Of a stretch of DNA of 64,000 nucleotides, positions 57,946 to 64,000 are shown one piece after another. This DNA comes from Octopus vulgaris (taxonomy: Eukaryota). Under the pieces are notes generated by a model. The model worked only from the letters and a program-made list of their open reading frames with translations, ran no database searches and was not told the origin of the DNA. Made by a program: the position numbers and the translations under genes. Position 1 is the stretch's first letter; every line of letters starts with the position of its first letter. The DNA lies in NCBI GenBank assembly GCA_951406725.2, contig OX597825.1:66712001-66776000 (forward strand), in the 5' to 3' direction.

Positions 57946-58814
57946 ATGGCAATTTTCATTATACAATGTATTATTTGCAAATTTAAACTTCATGCATTCT
58001 CTAAGTATATTTAAATTTATCTTCCGCCACAGAATAAACGTACTTTAGAAACGTTGATTAGGTGTGGTTTGACTTAACATAGTGGATGTAAACAGTAAAT
58101 TTCGTCAATGCAATACATATTTGGTGAAACACCGATAGATTATGGCAAAGCCTTGCGAAACAGATATTCAAAATTTTAATAATTTCCTCTCATGATATCT
58201 TACAAATATTTTGTTACTGCAATCATTGTAAAGCATTCTTACACTGTAGAGGGTATTTGATATTTGGAAATTTCAGTATTATCTATAGTATTATCTATAA
58301 TAATTTAGTTGTGACAATGTTGTTTTCTTCATAAATTTCTTTATATGGAGCTCTGACATCCCCTTTACTCCATTTCTATAATTAGAAAATCTTTATTGTC
58401 TCCTCTCATTTGTTCTTCACTCTCAGAACCTTACAGTAGTCTGGAACAACTGAATCCTAGTCAGTCAGTTGATGGGCTCCACTACCTCAAATGTTCTTAA
58501 CATTTAAATCCACATGTTTGTCTATATATCTACCTTCTCTATAATGATGCCACTTGATATGAAAATTTTTGTATTAATGGAAAACCTCTACAATTGGCTG
58601 ATGAGTGCTCAGCATTTTAAAACTGTTGCATTACTTACAACATTTAATAAAATGATGTAGTACGAAACGATCGTACCAAATTACCGTAGTCATTCTTGTT
58701 GCTTATTTTGCTTATATATATATAAATATATATATATGAATATATATATATGAATATATATATATGAATATAGATAGATAGATATATGCACAAACGCATA
58801 TGTGCGTATGCGTG

Positions 58815-59100
58815 CTGGCGTGGCTCAGTGGTAAGAAGTTTGTTTTCTAACCAAATAGTTCTGGGATTTGGTCCGGCAGCGTACCTTGTGAAGGGATTTC
58901 GTAGACGAAGATGAAAGAAGATCGTCGTTTGAGAAGCGGTGTTAGTGTGTTTATATCACCATAATTTGGCAGTTCGATAAATACGATCGATAGAATGAAT
59001 ACCAGGTTTTAAAAACTACTGAGGTTGATATGTTCGACTAAAATTCTTCAAGACCGTGCCTAGGAATTGCCATGTGCTAATGATTGAACCAAGAAAAGGA
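58815..59100 (+). mobile_element. Old diverged family A-like SINE
   Basis: GGCGTGGCTCAGTGGTAAGAAG...CGATAGAATGAATACCAGG...TGATTGAACCAAG. Confidence 0.6.
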
Positions 59101-59144
59101 CAAAGGATCACACACACATATATATATATTTGTGTGCGTATGCG

Positions 59145-59185
<41 letters not shown>

Positions 59186-59294
59186 ATATATATATATACA
59201 TACACACACAAACATATATATATATAGAATAGTTGCACCAATATTTACTGGAAATAGCAGTCGATAATATACGACGCCATAGTAAAGCTTCACT

Positions 59295-59332
<38 letters not shown>

Positions 59333-59338
<6 letters not shown>

Positions 59339-59564
59339 TTTATTTAAAGCAGCAGAAAATTCAACAAAATCTGTTACTCTGAGTTTCTCGTTGCCGTTCA
59401 TCAGACAGTTTTTCTAGCAAAAACTGTCTGATGAACGGCAACGAGAAACTCAGAGTAACAGGTTTTGTTGAATTTTCTGCTGCTTTAAATAAAGCATATT
59501 ACTCTACCGCTGGTATTTGAGTACTCTTTTTTTCCACCTTGTTTCACATTTATGTGTTTACTCC

Positions 59565-59567
<3 letters not shown>
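59333..59567. mobile_element. PLE-like palindrome 59333-59499 with ~70-bp one-sided tail, in (TA)n; HHR in each arm (59371-59408 minus, 59424-59461 plus)
   Basis: CTGT-CTGATGA-A-CG-GCAA-CG-A-GAAA-CTCAGA-GTA-ACAG in near-perfect arms. Confidence 0.85.
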
Positions 59568-59646
<79 letters not shown>

Positions 59647-59729
59647 AAGATGTTTGCGGGCGGCGACATTTAAAATTTCATCTTACCTGTAGGAAGAACA
59701 TAAAATAAATGTACAACCCAGATGTGGAT

Positions 59730-59800
59730 AATCTAGGACGTAGGTTTCGGACTTCCCAAATTACGTTTGTCAACGTAAATTTGTTCTCTTTGGCTAGATT
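59730..59800 (-). ncRNA. Decayed type-I hammerhead motif
   Basis: Minus AATCTAG-CCAAAGA-GAAC..hairpin..GTCC-GAAAC-CTAC-GTC-CTAGATT; stem I is perfect but the core carries G5A. Confidence 0.5.
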
Positions 59801-59969
59801 CACCTAGGCAAAATTTCGAAAGTTGCTGCATCAGTGCTTTACTATAGCGTCGTATATTATCGACTGCTGTTTCCAGTAAATATTGATGCATTGTTGTACC
59901 ACTATTCTATATTTATGATGGTGCTTTGGTTTACTGGGAAGCAATACTACTTTATTGCTCTATTTAATA

Positions 59970-60014
<45 letters not shown>

Positions 60015-60300
60015 TGTATATATAAATATATATATACATGTATATATATATACATATGTGTGTGTGTGTGTGTGTGTGTGTGTCTGTGTGTGTGTGTGTG
60101 TCTGTGTCTGAGTGTGTGTTTATGTATGTGTATGTATGTATGTATGTATGTATGTATGTATGTGTGTATGTATGTATATAAAAGTAGAACCACATACCAA
60201 AGGCACAGAGCTTAAAGTAATTTCCAAAAAGAACATTATTGCGGAATAAAAATGAAAATTTACGTCGTTCAAATGCTAAAAGGTATGGCCCTTCTGATTT

Positions 60301-60376
<76 letters not shown>

Positions 60377-60567
60377 TATTTATATATGTGTGTTTATACA
60401 TATGTATATATACATACATACATGCATGAACACACACACACGTGTACCTACAGCATAGGAATATTTAAAATTGGTATATGTATATGTTTGTCTTCGTGTG
60501 TATGTGTGTGTATGTATATATGTATATCTATATTTACATCTCTCATATATATTGGTCTCACTCTCAA

Positions 60568-60648
<81 letters not shown>

Positions 60649-60787
60649 ATATATGTATATATATGTATATATGGGTACATAGATAGATAGATAAATAGAT
60701 AGGTAGATAGATAAATAGATAGGTAGATAGATAGATAGATACATACATACATACATACATACATACGTACATACATATATACATACA

Positions 60788-60818
<31 letters not shown>

Positions 60819-61304
60819 GTACATACATACAACATTCACACTTCCATACACATTTACAGACACACACAAACTCTAACACATACAGAATACTCCAGGCGCT
60901 TCTCTCATTTCCACTTGTATAAACATGTAAATAATGAAACTTTGCAAAAACACCCGAAGACATGTTTCTGCGCCGAAGTAACCTATTTAGATTTCGTATA
61001 ATATAAGTGTGTACCGAAATAAACGGCGTTATGGGTGCAGGCATTTTCACGTTGTTAATAACCACTATTTGCAACTACGTGTTTCTGCATGCGATCCTAC
61101 TGTATGCTGCCTATAATAGTTTTAGTTTTAGTTTGGCCAATACGTTGTGAGTGTCAATTGACAGGCGGGAAATGGATTGGAAATATGCTGAATGTATGTA
61201 TATATATGTGTGTGTGTGTGTGCACGTGTCTATATATATTTATAAATATATATATCGATACTTGTATATATTATATGTATGTATAAATATATATATATAT
61301 ATAC

Positions 61305-61354
<50 letters not shown>

Positions 61355-61874
61355 GGGCGCGTATACATACATACGCACATGCGTACGTACGTACATACAT
61401 ACATACATACATACATACATACATACATACATACATACATACATACATACATACATACATACGCACATACATACATACGAACAATAGTAAAACATTAGTT
61501 CTGTGATATAGAGATAAAAATCTGATAATAGATTTTAGGGTATAGTTCTTGTGAGCAAGCGTCATAAATTCACTTTCTAGCCTCGGCCGTAGGGAGTTGA
61601 AATTTGATAGCGTTGTGATGAGTGGTCACTCTACATCCGTCCATCGCTACAGGTTTATAACTTTATGTTTTATAGAGTGTATGTGCGTGCTTATACACAC
61701 ACATACATATATACATACATACATACATACATACATACATACATGCATACACAGGCGTATGTGCGGACATGAATACGTACATACATACACACATGTATGC
61801 ATACATACACACATACATACGTACATACATATATATGACGAACTAACTGTTACTTTCTTAGATGCAGCACGGAC

Positions 61875-61924
61875 TTTGTCAGTGAACAGGTCGCGGATTT
61901 TAGCGACGAAAATATTTTGACAAA
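61875..61924 (+). ncRNA. Minimal type-I hammerhead with G3-C8 compensatory core
   Basis: TTTGTCA-GTGAACA-G-GTCGC-GGATTTTA-GCGAC-GAAAATATTT-TGACAAA, followed by an ~80-nt tail and (TA)n. Confidence 0.7.
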
Positions 61925-62000
61925 TTAAACTTAAATGTTGGAGTGAATCGAACGGCTTTTGTGTGTTTCTTAAATGGCTTATAAACACCTCCCACGCTGC

Positions 62001-62086
<86 letters not shown>

Positions 62087-62095
62087 TATACATAT

Positions 62096-62509
62096 GCATA
62101 GGAGTGGCTGTGAAGCAAGTAGCTTGCTTACGAACTACATGGTTCCGGGTTCAGTCCCATTGCGTGGCACCTTGGGCAAGTATCTTCTACTATAGCCTCG
62201 GGCCGACCAAATCCTTGTGAGTGGATTTAGCAGGCTGAAACTGAAAGAAGCCCGTCGTATATATGTATATATATATATATGTATGTGTGTGTATATGTTT
62301 GCGTGTCAGTGTTTGTCCCCACCAACATCACTTGACAACCGATGCTGGTGTGTTTACATCCCCGTAACTTAGCGGTCCAGCAAAAAAGACCGATAAAGTA
62401 AGTACTAAGCTTACAAAGCATAAGTCCTGGGGTCGATTTGCTCGATTAAAGGCGGTGCCTCAGCATGGCCACAGTCACATGACTGAAACAAGTAAAAGAG
62501 TAAAAGAGT
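62096..62509 (+). mobile_element. Family A SINE
   Basis: End-to-end homology to family A. Confidence 0.9.
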
Positions 62510-62537
62510 ATAGATACATTTGATCCTTCAGGGGTGT

Positions 62538-62842
62538 TTGTCGAATAAATCGTCCCCAAAATTTTGTTTTAGCCAGGTACTCATTTCATCGGCCTCTGTA
62601 CGGGACGTAAACACACCAACACTGTTTGTCAACTGGTGGTGTCGGACAAACAGACACAAAAGCACATATATAGATATACACATATAGATATAAAAAAACA
62701 GGCTTCTTTCAGTTTCCCTCTCCCAAATCCAATCACAAGTCTTTGGTCGGCCCAAGGCTATAGCAGAAAACACTTGCCCTTGGTGCCATGCAGTGGGACT
62801 GAAAAGCGGAACTATGTTCTTGGGAAGAAACCGTCTTACCGC
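62538..62842 (-). mobile_element. Family A SINE, diverged, inverted next to the previous copy
   Basis: GGGACGTAAACACACCAAC...CTTTGGTCGGCCCAAGGCTATAG...GCAGTGGGACTGAA. Confidence 0.75.
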
Positions 62843-63045
62843 AAAACTAAGATCTTGTGTGTACACATAGATGTACGGTTGCTATTTTAACGTTTAGATC
62901 GCCACGTTGATTATTATTGTCCATTCTGCTCACAGTATAGTGTTTTAGAAACTGCTATTATTCATCGTATGACAAGTTTTGATATACAAAGAAAATGTAG
63001 ATGAATTTACGATGAATGCAAGTTTATATCATTTGTTTCTGCGTA

Positions 63046-63444
63046 AGGTGGCGAGCTGGCAGAAACGTTAGCACGCTAGGTGAAATGCTTAGCGGTATTT
63101 CGTCAGCCGTTACGTTCTGAGTTCAAATTCTGCCCAGGTCGACTTTGCCTTTCATCATTTCGGGGTCAATAAATTAAATACCAGTTACGCACTGGGGTCG
63201 ATGTAATCGACTTAATCCGTTTGTCTGTCCTTGTTTGTCCCCTCTGTGTCTAGCCCCTTGTGGGTAGTAAAGAAATAGGTATTTCGTCTGTATTTACGTC
63301 CTTAGTTCAAATTCCGCTGAGGTCGATTTTGCATTTTATCCTTTCGGGGTCGATAAATTAAGTACTAGTTTCGTACTGGGGTCGATCTAATCGACTGGCC
63401 CCTCCCCCAAAATTTCGAGCCTTGTGCCTAGAGTAGAAAAGATT
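63046..63444 (+). mobile_element. Dimeric family B SINE (full monomer plus 5'-truncated monomer with the other tail) with a 15-bp TSD
   Basis: The second unit starts at 63278. Flanks are ATTTGTTTCTGCGTA (63031-63045) and ATTTGTTTCCGTGTA (63445-63459). Confidence 0.85.
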
Positions 63445-63685
63445 ATTTGTTTCCGTGTACGTTTCACCATCACAATAATTGTGATTGCACTGGATTTTCC
63501 AGTTGCAATTGGATGCTTAAGATCTTCGTATGACCAAGGAACGCTTTATTGCATTATTTAACAGAGAACTAATGTAAAGAATCTAATTGCATTTGAAACA
63601 TCCAATGCAGAATTCCAATAACCGCAATGACAAAATGTGCGGAAGAACAAGGAATATAAACTTGTGTTTAACGTAGTCTCTCCAA

Positions 63686-63900
63686 CATACATACATATAT
63701 ACATATGTACATACATACACACGCACATACATACATACATACATACATACTTACATACATACATACATACATACATACTTACATACATACATACATACAT
63801 ACATACATTCATACATACATACATACATACATACATACATACATACATACATACATGCATACATATATGCATGCATGCATGCATGCATACATACAAACAT
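63686..63900. repeat. (CATA)n microsatellite
   Basis: Direct reading. Confidence 0.95.
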
Positions 63901-64000
63901 ATAGATATAATTAGAGAAATAATCCAGAGAAATAAGCAGGAAATATGCGCCCACAGGTATTATTTTCCCTTCTGATATGAAGCTGGTCTTAATTGCCATT

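Larger units (their letters stand above)
59224..59912. repeat. Outer inverted repeat (59224-59296 and 59832-59912) enclosing HHR elements
   Basis: CAATATTTACTGGAAA.AGCAGTCGATAATATACGACGC and GCGTCGTATATTATCGACTGCT.TTTCCAGTAAATATTG are reverse complements. Confidence 0.85.

Overview
This is AT-rich, microsatellite-saturated eukaryotic non-coding DNA (intergenic or a large intron). The tRNA-headed SINE families and the repeat load resemble an octopus/coleoid cephalopod genome, which is an inference and was not searched. I can support no intact host protein-coding gene, true tRNA/rRNA gene or CRISPR array, and nearly all listed ORFs are microsatellite translations. The window is a mosaic of: four tRNA-derived SINE families; decayed LINE fragments (R4/Dong-type, RTE-type, Tx1/L1-type); non-autonomous Helitrons; mariner and Chapaev3-like transposase relics; and MITEs. 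The main signal is about a dozen type-I hammerhead-ribozyme (HHR) motifs from many unrelated short non-coding elements. These mostly sit in asymmetric fold-back (inverted-repeat) structures next to (TA)n or (AAT)n, an architecture typical of Penelope-like elements (PLEs). They include a G3-C8 compensatory core variant, a recurrent double-A core insertion variant, and a tRNA-promoter SINE carrying an HHR with PLE-style inverted ends. There is also a 2.6-kb palindrome. All structures were read by eye, no folding or database search was run, and element boundaries are approximate.
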